From Octopus sinensis (taxonomy: Eukaryota): a stretch of 64,000 bases of DNA. Both the position numbers and the translations under genes were made by a program. The DNA is taken from positions 86,366,001 through 86,430,000 of the forward strand of contig NC_043004.1 of NCBI RefSeq assembly GCF_006345805.1. The letters are read 5' to 3'. How positions within the stretch are numbered: position 1 is the first letter of the stretch; each line of letters starts with the position of its first letter. Below, piece after piece: positions 26,756-39,806 of the stretch. A model generated the notes under the pieces. That model was not told the origin of the DNA and searched no databases. It saw only the letters and a list, made by a program, of their open reading frames with translations.

Positions 26756-28397
26756 TATTGTTGTTGTTGTTATTATTATTGTTATTATTATTTAAAACAG
26801 TTTGATTCAGCCCCCATGCAACTTGTATACTTCTCAGGCTCACTTAACCAAATGGAGATATACAGGAAGTCCAAAATAGCTAAGGGAAACGAGCTGCTAT
26901 TGGTCAACCTACATAGATTGGCATTAGGAAGGGCATCCAGCCATAGAAATCATACTGAATCAGATAGGAACCTGGTACAGACCTCCAGTGTACCAGTTCC
27001 AGTCAAACTGTCTATCCCATGCCAGCATAGAAAGCAGACATATGATGATGATGATGATAATACACACATATATACATCCATACATAGATAAATGCGTGTG
27101 TGTGTGTGTATGTGTAGGTTTGGCTGTGTAAACAGGAAAATAGAAATCAAATCACAAATGTGTGTGTATGTATATATATATATATACACACACACACACA
27201 TACATACAGGCTTTACAAATCCGTTTAAATATAAGTGTGTGTGTGTGTGTGTGTGTCTCTCTCTCTCCCCATACCTTCCAGGATTTCTCTAAAGGTTTTA
27301 GAAGCATAAGAAGCAAAAGACAATGTAGTAAAGGAATTCACAGACAAGTAGACAAGGAAACATGTCCATATGAACTATTTGCAATGGGGAGGTATTAACA
27401 AGATTGAGAGGTTTGCAAGACAGAGATTACAGAACAATACAAAGTATTATCTGTATGTAGTATGTGAGAGTAGGTGCCAGGTTATTTAGGTTAAATTCTT
27501 GTCAAAAAGGACTTGAACAGAGAGATTAACTATGAGTGAGTGGTAAGTTATTGGATAAACTCAGGGTTAGAGTTTGTATTAGGGACATCATCATCCTTTT
27601 AATCTACACTTTTCCATACTTGCATGGGTAGGACAGAGTTTACTGAGGCAGATTTTCAATGGTTGGATACCCTCCCTTCCTGTTGCCCACCCTCACCTGT
27701 TTCCAAATAAGGGAATACTTTGTTATGGTCAGGCATGTTCTCACAATATACTGGAAATGAATGACAGAGCATGTATGATAATAACAATCATTTACAGCTA
27801 TCAGGCCATGTCAAGACAAAAGGGTCTCACACACACACACACATAAAGCTTCTTTCAGTTTCTGTTTACCAAATTCACTCAAAAAGCTTTGATTACTATT
27901 TATCACAGGTCAAACAACTACATACAGGCTCGGCTCTCTCTCTCTCTTTGTGTGTGTGTGTGTGTGAGTGAGTGAGAGAGAGAGAGAGAGTTTGCTGAAT
28001 GAGTTGGCAAAATTTCTATATGACAGCCAACAATAGCTCTGCTATAACAATTGAAAAGAACTACCACTAAAAGAGAAATAAAAATAGAGCAGAGTCAACA
28101 TATTTAGTAAGGCATTATTTTGTGTGCTCAATGTAGCACGAAGTATGAAATTTAAACAAGATGTCTTATTGAGGATTAAAATAGATATATATACAATGAG
28201 CTTGACCTTCAGAAAGATATACTGTCAATAAAGTGTTACGGTAAGTTCTCTTGCTTTCTTGATATCTAGCTGAAGCTTAAAGTTGAATACCCTGTTCATA
28301 TCAAATTAACTCCAACAAAAGCAGAAGAGATTAGTTTACCCTGTGTAAACATCAGTCAGTTGAAAACACCTAACTTTAAAGACACTTGTAAATATAT

Positions 28398-28713
28398 CAT
28401 CATCATCATCATCATTTAGCGTCCGCTATCCATGCTAGCATGGGTTGGACGGTTCAACTGGGGTCTGTGAAACCAGAAGGCTGCATCAGGCCCAGTCTGA
28501 TCTGGCAGTGTTTCTACGGCTGGATGCCCTTCCTAACGCCAACCACTCCGTGAGAGTAGTGGGTGCTTTTTACGTGCCACCCGCACAGGTGCCAGACGGA
28601 GCTGGCAAACAGCCACGGATGGATGGTGCTTTTTACGTGCCACCGGCATGGGGGCCAGGCGAGGCTGGCAACGGCCACGATCGGATGGTGCTTTTTACGT
28701 GCCACCGGCACAG
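28398..28713 (-). mobile_element. RTE-related 3' end, young copy
   Basis: Near-identical to the inverted copy at 63726-63950. Confidence 0.8.
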
Positions 28714-28734
28714 GGGTTGAAAACTGAAAAAGCA

Positions 28735-28955
28735 AGAGGAGGTGCTGGAAAGTTTCTGGCTTTAAGGGTATCATGAAAGGCCTGGTTGGAGGCCTAACTT
28801 TCTGAGTTCTTTAACGGGGCTCAGAAAAAAACTGAAGGACCACTGCAAAAGTGTGTGTGAATCTGAGAGAGAAATATGTTAAATAAACTCATAATTAACT
28901 GATCCTCCTGTATTTTCTTTTATCCAAAGCCAGAAACTTTTCAGCACCCCGTCGT
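28735..28955. mobile_element. mariner-like MITE
   Basis: Imperfect TIRs GGTGCTGGAAAGTTTCTGGCTTT ... AAAGCCAGAAACTTTTCAGCACC. Confidence 0.7.
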
Positions 28956-30715
28956 TTGTTGGAAAATCTGGAACACTACTTAGGTATGAATGTACCACCA
29001 TCATCATCAGCATCATCCTTATCAGTTTAAGATCCACTTTTCTATGCTTGCAGGGGTTGGACAGATTTATTTTTCTAAAGTCAAATGCCCTTCTTGTTAT
29101 AAATCCTCAACTGCTTCCAACCAAAGGAATAGTTCCTCGTTACTAAGAATGTTTTTGTAGAAGATTGGAAGTGAATGACACTGCTTGTATGACAGTGACG
29201 CTCATTTACAACTATTACATGAGGTCAAGACAAGGAGACACAAACATTGTGAATGACTTTGATGGAAACTGTATGGAAGCCCACCATGTGTTCTTGTATC
29301 TGTGAGTGTTACCACCAACACCACTTGACAACCGGTGTTACTTTATTTACATCCCCAGAGCTAAATTGTTCAGTAAAAGAAACCAAAAGAATAAGTACGA
29401 GACTTTAAATTACATAAATACTGGGGTCCAATGACTGAAACAAGTAGAAGACAATGGATGAAGATGCGAATTTCAAGTCTTTATACACCTATCAAACCGA
29501 CAAAGTAAAAATAAATATAAACACTATCACAATGAAAATATTGTTTTTAATAAGAAAATAAAGACAGAAGTAAAAAAAAAAAATGTTTTCTCAGGCAGCA
29601 AAGCAGTTTAAAAATAAATAATAAAGCAGTTTAAAAATAAATAACAAGAACAAAAAAAGTAAACTTTGCTGAAGTGTAATCAATAGAGCTAATGAGATAA
29701 ACATTCAATGTTTAAGCAGGAGTTATTTAATACACCCAATAAATAAATAAATAAATTACGCAGACATATTGTGCCCAAAGCATTTCTAGAGATCGTGCTC
29801 TCAAAAAGAAAAAAATTCGCTGCCTCTACTTCCTTTGAGACTAATCTATCATCATTACTGCCAAGTTACAAACAGCTGCTGCAGGTAACTTAGCTAATAA
29901 GCAATCAGACAAGCGGTCAATAAATAGATAGATAATTCATTTTCTTTATAATCAGCGCTGCTCTGTATTCGTAGGCAAGAAGGCGTAGTTTCTCAACAGC
30001 TCAATCCACCAAACTGTAAGTCAATACCGAAAGATAGGAGGAATAGCTCACTGTTGTTAAGTAATGGCAAATCTTTTGCTTATACAAAGTGCTTAGTTTG
30101 GATATTTCTATAGCCTCAGCTATGGCAGAAACACTAAAACAATATGACCTACTTTTGATTCTATGACATCTGCTCTAAAAAGTAGATTAATTGTTGCCCA
30201 ATTTATCCAAAAATCATTGAGAAAAACAGAAACAATAGACTGAAATTGGAGAACTAAAAATAGAATCATGCATGGTATTCTTGGGGTATCTTTAACAAAC
30301 TAGTCATGTAATAGCTGTAAAGGTGTCACTGTCATACAAGCAGTGTTGTTCATTTTCAGTCTTCTGTGAAAACAAGCCTGGTCTTGGGGAAATACTAACT
30401 TGGAATTCAGTAAGGGTCGGTGATAAGGGCATTCAGCCATAAAAAATTTACTTCAACAAAATCTGTCTGATCTATGCAAATTTGGAAAAGTGGACATTAA
30501 AATGATGATGATGATGAGGAGGAGGAGAAGAACTCATGATCCTTCACTTCCTGACTTCCAAACTACTCAGAGAAAAAGAGGAAGTCATCCTCAAACTGGA
30601 GGACCAAACTCCAAATGCATGCAACAGAGTGAACTCTACTAAAGGCACCCAAGGAACCAATTATAACCATTGTGGTTGTATGTTAACGAACTGAAACAGC
30701 ACAACACTGCCATAG

Positions 30716-31110
30716 CTCTCTTTACTCTTTTACTTGTTTCAGTCATTTGACTACCGCCATGCTGGAGTACTGCCTTTAGTCGAGCAAATCAAACCCAAGG
30801 ACTTATTCTTTGTAAGCCTAGTACTTATTCTATCAGTCTCTTTTGCCGAACTGCTAAGTTACAGGGACGTAAACACACCAGCATCGGTTGTCAAGCGATA
30901 TTGGGTGGGGACGGACAAACATAGACATACAAACACATATATATACATACATATATACAACAGGCTTCTTTCAGTTTCCATCTACCAAAACCACTCACAA
31001 GGCTTTGGTTGGCCCAAGGCTATAGTAGAAGACACCTGCCCAAGATGCCACGCAGTGGGACTGAACCTGGAACCATGTGGTTGGTAAGCAAGCTACTTAC
31101 CAAACAGCCA
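30716..31110 (-). mobile_element. Full-length CORE-like tRNA SINE with (AGTAAAAG)-type tail
   Basis: Aligns with 56016-56407, 55436-55855 and 56700-57037. Confidence 0.85.
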
Positions 31111-31527
31111 CTTCTGACTACAGAAACAATACATAAGCACCATATGACTTTTAATGATGTTTGGGTTTTTCGGGTTTTTTGGGGTTTTTTTGCTTCTTTT
31201 TTTTTTGTTTTTTTTTTTTGCTCATTCTAGACAAAAGGATAGTGCCCATGACCCCTCAGATTAGTGAGCTTGATGCAGTTAACATTCTGTTTAAACTGTT
31301 GCAGGTAAATACCCGCAAAAAAGACATAAGCAGGGAGATTCCAAAGGGATGACATTCTAGAGAAGAAGGAGTTGAAATAAGAGAGGAAGAGATGAGTGAT
31401 GGTGAGAGTAGCCAGGATCCAATCAGCACTGCCTTTGTTTGTAAATGAGACATTTGATTGATGAACCACAGCAGTACCAATCCAGCTGTAAACTAGAACA
31501 AAAGAAATGAAGATTCAGATAACTTAC

Positions 31528-31620
31528 CTTAATAATGGGGGATGTGAGAAGCCCCCAGCAGAAGAATTCTAAAAATATAATCACTAAGGCATGGTATATA
31601 CTAGGTTGCCGTAATCCAGA
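31528..31620 (-). CDS. MFSD14A: MFSD14/HIAT1-like MFS transporter, internal coding exon (93 nt, SGLRQPSIYHALVIIFLEFFCWGLLTSPIIK; first TM helix)
   Basis: Acceptor ttttgcag| and donor |gtaagt, phase 0/0. Peptide matches the HIAT1 motif PSxYHAxxxIFLEFFxWGLLT (recalled) and joins in frame to the next exon. Confidence 0.93.
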
Positions 31621-34316
31621 CTGCAAAAACAAAAAGAGAGAAAGTCAGAAGTCTTTAAAAACAATAACAAAATATTAGTCCTAAACCAGGACTGCCATGT
31701 TATGTTGGCAAACAATCTTTACTACAACAAAATATTGGTTTACAATTTTGGCACCTAGCCAACAATTTTGGGAAAGGGATTAAGTCAATTGCATCGACTG
31801 CCAGTGCTTAACTGATATTTATTTTATTGACTTCAAACAGGATGAATGGCAAAATCGACCTTAGCAGAATTTGAACCCAGAATGCAAGGACGGACAAAAT
31901 GCCACTAAGCATTTTTCCCAGCATGCTAACAATTCTGTCAGCTTGCCACTTTAAACAACAGTAGAATATTAAGAAGAATGCTCGAAGAAACAGACTGATT
32001 CATAACCATATTTATAAAGAAATTCTGTCTGGGTGCTTTAATTAATTTTGGGGAAAAAAATAATCAAGTATTTATTTGGATGAATTTAATACAATAATTA
32101 ACATTTTAATTAATAAATTGGTGATTGCAAAATATTTTAACAACATATTCTTACATAGAATTATAAAGACAAAGTTAATTTAAATATGAGCACTTCAAGT
32201 TGGACAGTTTTATATCTCGTCTCAGGTTTCTTATTAACTAGGTTAATTGATACCAATATCTGACAAGTACACATTTTATTGATTTTTATTGTTTTCTTTC
32301 ATTAATAGAATCTTTCTTTATTGATAGGATCAGCTGAATGTTGAACAAAATACCTTGTGGTAGTTTTGGTAATTTGCTATGTCTTTTCATGCTCTGAACT
32401 CAAATCCTGCCTGATCTACTTTGCTTTTCTTCTTTACCAAACCCAATGATGAAAGGCAAAGCTGACCTCAGCAGAACTTGAAATCAGAATATTTAATAAA
32501 TAAATAAATAAATAAATACTGTAGTGCATTTTGTATGACACTAATGAAGCTACCAATAATAATTGAAATAAAGCTAATTTTCATAAAGAGAACAGTGTAG
32601 AAATTTGAAAAGATTCTTTTATTATAGTTGGAGAGTATTAATTTTATTGACCCCAGAATGATAGAAGGCAATGCCAACTCAAGTGGTATTTGAACCCAAA
32701 CATTGTGGACTTAAAGCTAAATTTTTCAATGTCATTTAGTTCAGTGTGCTATTGCCAAATCATTGCCTTCACCTCTAACATCATTATCAAACTTTGGTAC
32801 CAAGTCACAGAAGAGGTATGACTGTTTTTCATTCCTGCAAAGTTACTATAGTAAATATTGTACCGGTATTAATGTAGTCAAAGTGAAACCCTGGTAGAAT
32901 TTTACCTCAGAATACAAGTGTATATTACTGAATGCCAGAAGGCATTTGGTCAAACACACCATCAACTTTCTTTTACCCTTACTTATAATATTGCTTTCTT
33001 ACAAAAGCACAAATGTTATAGATTTATAAAGAAGAAAAGTAATTGTATGATACTCATGTCCTTCCAAAAAGCATCAACAGAATCACTGAATTGAATGAGT
33101 TCTGGTCTGGTTCAAAACTTGATTGTCAGATAAGCATCACCAGAGGCTTACCCGTTGTGCTAAAATTTCTAACTAGTGATTCTATATTAATAACTCTATA
33201 TTAATAGTGTCAAACACTAGCAGAAACAGGATTCAAAGACGTCTAACAATAAGTGGTTTTAAAAATCCATATAATTATAAGCAGAAATAATTTGGAAAAT
33301 ATATTTCCCTTTTATTGTTCTTGAAACCTCACCAGGAGCAATGACATGAATAAAATCATGTAAAGTGGTTGGCATCTCAGCTCACCAGATCCATGTCAAG
33401 CCATCCAACCATGCCAGAATGGAGGACAGACATTAAATGATGATGGTTCACATTTTCAAAAAACTACACAGCCCTTTATATAGAAATACAATTTCAGAAG
33501 TCTATTTTCCAGTCTATATTTCTCATTTTTTGTTGGATGTGCAGTTGACACATTCCAAACATTACTCTCCTTCCAATAGTCTTCAAATGATATTGATAAG
33601 CTGGATCACAGATTTTACCAATCAAATCTGCATATTTGGAGTCAACTGCTTTAAGTTCCGTAAAAGCCAATATTACGGCCCAACAACAGCAATTTCTACA
33701 GCAACACTAAAGATTTCAGATTCTGTCCATACCATAACTCAGAAATATGAGCTTTCAGATGTGGTTTTGTTGTTTTCTTTTTAAAAAGGAATTATATATT
33801 TTCAAAATTATTTCTACCTGTAACTATGTTGATATTTTAATAATTATGTTAAACAGCTTTTAATCCTGTCTCTGTCAACATCGAAAATGTTTGAATTAAT
33901 ACAGCAGAGCTGTTAATATCAACGACAGATTAAACTTATGAGTGAAACTAGACATCAGTATATAATCATATTAAAATTAAAAATTTATTTAAATTTAATC
34001 ATTAATCTTTAACTTGTTTCAGTCATTAGACTGTGACCATGTTGGGCCACTGCCTTGAAGAATTTTTAGTCAAACAAATCCACTCCAGTACTCATTTTTC
34101 AAGTCTGGTACTTATTCTACCAGTCTCTTTTACCAAACCATTTAGTTACAGGGATGTAAACAAACCAACAATTGTCAAGCAGTGGGAGGATTTTTTCCTG
34201 TAGTCTTTGTTTTTTTTAAATCAGGCAATAACAATAACGGTATGTTGCAGCAAGTCAATGCAAAAACACTCTCAACCAAACAAATACTAAGCAGAAAGGC
34301 CAAACGGGCAAATATT

Positions 34317-34909
34317 CTTTTCTACTCTAGGCACAAGGCCCGAAATTTGGGGGGAGTGGGCCAGTCAATTACATCGACCCCAGTACGCAACTGGTACTTT
34401 ATTGTCCCCAAAAGAATGAAAGACAAAGTCAACCATGGCAGAATTTGAAAAATATTCCTTTCTACTCTGGGCACAAGGCCCAAAATTTGGGGGGAGGGGG
34501 CCAGACAATTATATCAACCCCAGTATGCAACAGGTACTTAATTTATCGTCCCAAAAAGGATGAATGGCAAAGTCAACTTCAGAGAAATTTGAACACAGAA
34601 TGTAAAGACAGGCAAAATACCTATTTCTTTACTACCCACAAGGGGCTAAACACAGAGGAGACAAACAAGGACAGACAAACGGATTAAGTCGATTACATCA
34701 ACCCCAGTGCGTAACTGGTACTTAATTTATCGACCCCGAAAGGATGAAAGGCAAAGTCGACCTTGGCGGAATTTGAACTCAGAACGTAACGGCAGACGAA
34801 ATACGGCTACGCATTTCGCCCGGGGTGCTAACGCTTCTACCAGCTCGCCGCCTTATACCATTAAGCATTTCACCTGGCATGTTAATGTTTCTGCCAGCTT
34901 GCCACCTTA
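34317..34909 (-). mobile_element. Nested SINE cluster: young copy 34622-34852 inside an older copy with a duplicated 3' half
   Basis: Whole block flanked by CAAAC(G/A)GGCAAATATT direct repeats (34301-34316, 34911-34926). Confidence 0.85.
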
Positions 34910-35151
34910 CCAAACAGGCAAATATTGTGGTAGAATCAGTATAGTACTTGAAGCACTAGCAGCTCTTCTTTGAATGCAACATATATTGATAATATAACTA
35001 AGTTTCATATTTTTCAACAATCCAACACCAGTGAGTTGACAGCTATTGACCATTTGTCTCTAAGTGGGGTGGGTTTGACTAACAATGCATAAAGGTACTG
35101 CAAAGTCTGTCACATTTTGAAACCTGACATCCAACAGGTTTGTCGCATTGA

Positions 35152-35800
35152 TCATCATCATCATCATCATCATTTAACGTCCGCTTTCCATGCTAGCATG
35201 GGTTGGACGGTTCAACTGGGGTCTGGGGAGCCCGAAAGCTGCACCAGTCCAGTCAGATCTGGCAGTGTTTCTACAGCTGGATGCCCTTCCTAACGCCAAC
35301 CACTCCGAGAGTGTAGTGGGTGATTTTATGTGCCACCGACACAGGTGCCAGACGAGGCTGGCAGACGGCCACGCTCGGATGGTGTTTTTATGTGCCACCG
35401 ACACAGGTGCCAGACGAGGCTGGCAGATGGCCACGCTCGGATGGTGTTTTTATGTGCCACCGACACAGGTGCCAGACGAGGCTGGCAGACAGCCACGCTC
35501 GGATGGTGTTTTTATGTGCCACCGACACAGGTGCCAGACGAGGCTGGCAGACGGCCACGCTCGGATGGTGTTTTTATGTGCCACCGACACAGGTGCCAGA
35601 CGAGGCTGGCAGACGGCCACGCTCGGATGGTGTTTTTATGTGCCACCGACACAGGTGCCAGATGAGGCTGGCAAACGACCACGATCGGATGGTGCTTGTT
35701 ACGTGCCCACAGGTGCTTGTTACGTGCCCACAGCACGGAGGCCAGTCGATGCGGTACTGGCTACGGCCACGTTCGGATGGTTTTCTTATGTGCCACGTGC
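35152..35800 (-). mobile_element. RTE-related 3' end containing an expanded 62-bp tandem array
   Basis: Family tail at 35152-35320; unit marker ACAGGTGCCA at 35341, 35403, 35465, 35527, 35589 and 35651. Confidence 0.88.
35319..35700. repeat. 62-bp minisatellite, six near-identical units
   Basis: Unit ATGTGCCACCGACACAGGTGCCAGACGAGGCTGGCAGACGGCCACGCTCGGATGGTGTTTTT. Confidence 0.95.
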
Positions 35801-38202
35801 CATAAAATAAAATTAAATTGATATAAAATTAAAAAGGAAAAAAATCAACTCAGAGGTGGACAGCAGATTAGCACATGAGATGTGGGGGAAGCAGAGAGAA
35901 AAGTTTGCATGCCATCATTGAAACATCAAAAAGTACTTTTCTATTTGATTACAGTTTTATATATTGCATAGCCAACCAATACCGATTTATAACATCTGCA
36001 TAAGACTATAAAACCAATACTTAGCAAATCCAGCCCCAGAGTGGTTATGAGATGTTTTGGCATTGCCATTTCTGCCTGTTTACCATTGCTGATTCAATGC
36101 TAATTTATTTGACATCAGGTGTTTTGTCCCCCAGAACCTTTCAGCACCATACAAATTTTTATTTTAATTCTAGTTAATTACTAAAACTAACTAACCTGTT
36201 ACCATAACTACTATTAACTACTAAACTTTGTTTTAACTTTCATTAGCTGTCATATACATAAAATGAAGCAGAAAGTCTGCACAACAATCGACTTCAATTA
36301 ATAAATAATCATTTCTCTCTCTCTCTCTCTCTCTCTTTGTATGAGTACATTTACTTGTGCACGTGTTACAAATAATAACAATAATGTTATGTTACAGTAA
36401 ACCATAACATTATTGTGAAGTAGAAAGTGTTTATGTCAATCGGTTTCAATTAATAAATTATAATCTCATAATCCCTCTCTGTCTCTCTCTGTACATTTCT
36501 TGGTGGATACGTGTGTGTGTATTTTCCTCAAGTACCAAAAAGTACTGTTGCCAAAACTGGTTCAATGTCCAGTCAGCCATGCCTGGTCATCTCATTCTGC
36601 TCCAGAATGACAGAATGATGGTTAACTTAAAACACCAAGTAATGTAACTAAACACTAATAAACCTTCAATCCAGCGGCAGCATTCTACTCTTCCTGCAAC
36701 TCAACAATTAGTCAAGATTATGAAATAATAATAATGTTTCAATATTCATTATAGTATATTAGAAACTGTGTTTCTTAAACACACGATAGTAACAAAACAT
36801 TGAAATTAGTACAAAAGGAGCTTTAACTCTGCAATGCATGCCTTGAAATTTTACAAAACAAAAACACAAAAAAAAAACCTTTACATCATCTTTTTTATAT
36901 TAGTTTTTCTATGCTCTCACTGGGTGGATGGATCTGCTCCATCGCATCATCTTGCCATTTGTTAAAGTCCTTTGTCATCTCCTTAATGATATTTGACCCC
37001 TCCCCCTATTTTTTCTGATGTTCTAGCAAATTCTGCCAATCCAGCATCCTTTGGTTCAGATTTCCACAAAGCCAGCAATTTTGATGGAAAGCCAACAACT
37101 TCAGCCTCACTATATTCTGGAGGGATGAAAGACAAAGCTGACTTCAGTGGGATTTGAACTCAGTACATAGAGAGCAGGGATACAGTAAGACATCTTTCTG
37201 ATGTTCTAACAATTCTACCAGCTCACCACCTAAATAATAATGGTGACGATGATGAAGATGTTTTTAACATAGGCACAAAGCCACAAATTTGAGAGAAGGG
37301 GAACAGTCAATTGACCCCAGTAGATAATATCACCCACCACCTTTGCTGGAATTGATCACAAATCTGTATTTATCAAGGTATGCAAAAACCTCAAGACAGT
37401 TGACCTTAGGAAAGGTATCCAGACATAGATACCATGCCAAAACAGACAACTGGAACTTGGTGCAGCTCTCCAGCTTGTCAACTGTTGTCAAATCGTCCAA
37501 CTCATGCCAGCATGGAAAACGGACATCATATTCACTTTTACAATGAAGTAGAGTATCAAAGATCGGATCATAATGGCTGGTTCAATTCAAACTAACTTTT
37601 GGAGAAGTGAGCAAGATGTAGACAAATACACATGAGCGCGCACACACACACACACACATATAGATATATGGCAGCCTTAATTCAGCCTACAAAACCACTC
37701 ACAAGGCTTTGGGTCAATCCAGGGCTATAGTAAACTGAACCCAAAACTACTTGCTGGGGAGGCAAACTTCTCAAACACACAGCTATTCCTACATGAGAAA
37801 GTCTGAAAGTATAAAGTTGGGAGTGAGACAATACCTACCTCCTTATGTACTAAGGTAACATACTTTTCCCTTCTATTTTTTTTTTGCACAATCTTACATA
37901 ACTACATAACCAGTTTTTTTTTTGGTTCTTTTTTTACTTCTGTGAATTTTGCATATTGTCTTTTAACTGCATCTCTCTCTCTCTCTCACTTGAGATAAAA
38001 ATGTTAATCGATGTCCCCACCACCACCACCACCACTGGCAACCTGAGAAAAATAACTCTGGCTGCAGATCTAATAATAGAAGGCTAGTAATGAGATAATG
38101 AGATGTTTCTTGATTCATGCTAACAATCAAAAGATATCACACATACATAAATCAGATCTTGATAGAGCCAACTCAACAACAGTTACTACTAACAATGTAC
38201 CA

Positions 38203-38239
<37 letters not shown>

Positions 38240-39435
38240 GTTGTTAGTCATACATTATTGGCAGATTACTGAATTTAATCAACATACATAAAAATAAATA
38301 AATAAAGTAATTCTTTTATGAAACTGCCGAAGGTAAAGAACTACAGTCTACAGCCATTCTGTACAATGGTTGAGTCGCATTTAGTATTCCACTAACTACA
38401 CCACCAGCCATATATTGAAAGTAATACAAAGATTAATAGATAGAGCAGCTATTCAAACCTTATGAAGAATCAAAGATGGCATTCTCCCACTCAAATGTAT
38501 AGTTTATCATTCAGTATGTGTGTACACACACACACACACACATATATAATCCAAATAAGGAGACAAAGAAAAATCTTAATACATCTTCAATGACCAGTCG
38601 CGAGTGCTTCTGTACCAATTCTGCTTTCAACGCCAGTTCACACAAAAGTTCTGAGTGAAAGTTTACATAATATTTGCAGATTTAAACATTAACGTGGCAC
38701 CTTTTCAAAATGCATCAAATGCATGCTCTTACATTGTGCACAATGTAAGAGCACACCCTGGAACCTTTGGCATTGATAGCAGGGTGAATATAGAAATAAT
38801 TGTAATGATCATTAAAGATGTGTTAAAATCTCTGTCTTTTTATTTGGACTATATTTTACTTTTTGCTAAACCCACACAAGAACTTTACTGCTATGACACC
38901 TGAGTCTTCTATACCTGAAGAATTTTGATATTACTTAAGATTAGAATTCGACAATATAGATAGCCTATAAGCTCAGGTGGAGTGCTACACTGGATACACC
39001 CCATCTTTTTACCCTCCCAGGACCTTATATGTATGTGTGTGTGTGTGTATTATAGACATATGTATATATATAATTATTAATTTAATGTATAAATTACCTA
39101 TAAATTTTTATTGCATGCTGACCACCTGATAAAAATCATTAACATGATTTTATCCTATTACAGCACAATAAGAAATAGAAAGTCCTTGGTACAGTATTAT
39201 ACATTTGAATAAAAATGAATAGAACTGGCTATACTGATAATTTTTCCACTTTAATAATTAGCTGTTTTTAAGTTTACAAGAGGTGACTCTGATAAGAGTT
39301 TCTCGCTTAAAAGCTGTTTTCAAACAGTTTGAAAATAGCTTTTAATCAAATAACTTATAAACATCTAATTATTAAAGCGGAAAAATTATCAGAAAAGCCA
39401 GTTGTATTCATTTCTCGACATATATATATCAGTGC

Positions 39436-39806
39436 AGGTGGCACGTAAAAAGCACCATCCGATCGTGGCCGTTGCCAGTGCCGCTCCGACTGGCCTCCAT
39501 GCTGGTGGCAAGTAAAAAGCACCATCTGATCGTGGCCGTTGCCAGCCTCGTCTGGCCTCCGTGCCGGTGGCACGTAAAAAGCAAAATCCGATCGCAGCCA
39601 TTGCCAGCCTCGTCTGGCACCTGTGCCGGTGGCACGTAAAAAGCAGCCACCACACTCACGGAGTGGTTGGCGTTAGGAAAGGCATCCAGCTGTAGAAACA
39701 CTGCTAAATCAGACTGAGCCTGGTGCAGCCTTCTGGCTTCCCAGACCCCAGTTGAACCGTCCAACCCATGCTAGCATGGAAAGCGGACTTTAAACGATGA
39801 TGATGA
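39436..39806 (+). mobile_element. RTE-related 3' end, inverted relative to the 35152 copy
   Basis: Four GGTGGCACGTAAAAAGC motifs, then the family tail and (GAT)n. Confidence 0.82.

Noticed and set aside
31227-31480. Intronic ORFs next to the 93-nt exon as extra coding exons
   Set aside because: No recognisable MFS similarity, and the flanking exons already join in frame.
35319-35700. CRISPR-like repeat array
   Set aside because: Units are contiguous and near-identical with no unique spacers, there are no cas genes, and it lies inside a eukaryotic retroelement tail.
35190-35810. 206-aa, 161-aa and 111-aa ORFs
   Set aside because: Produced by the stop-poor 62-bp repeat in all three frames; no domain signature.
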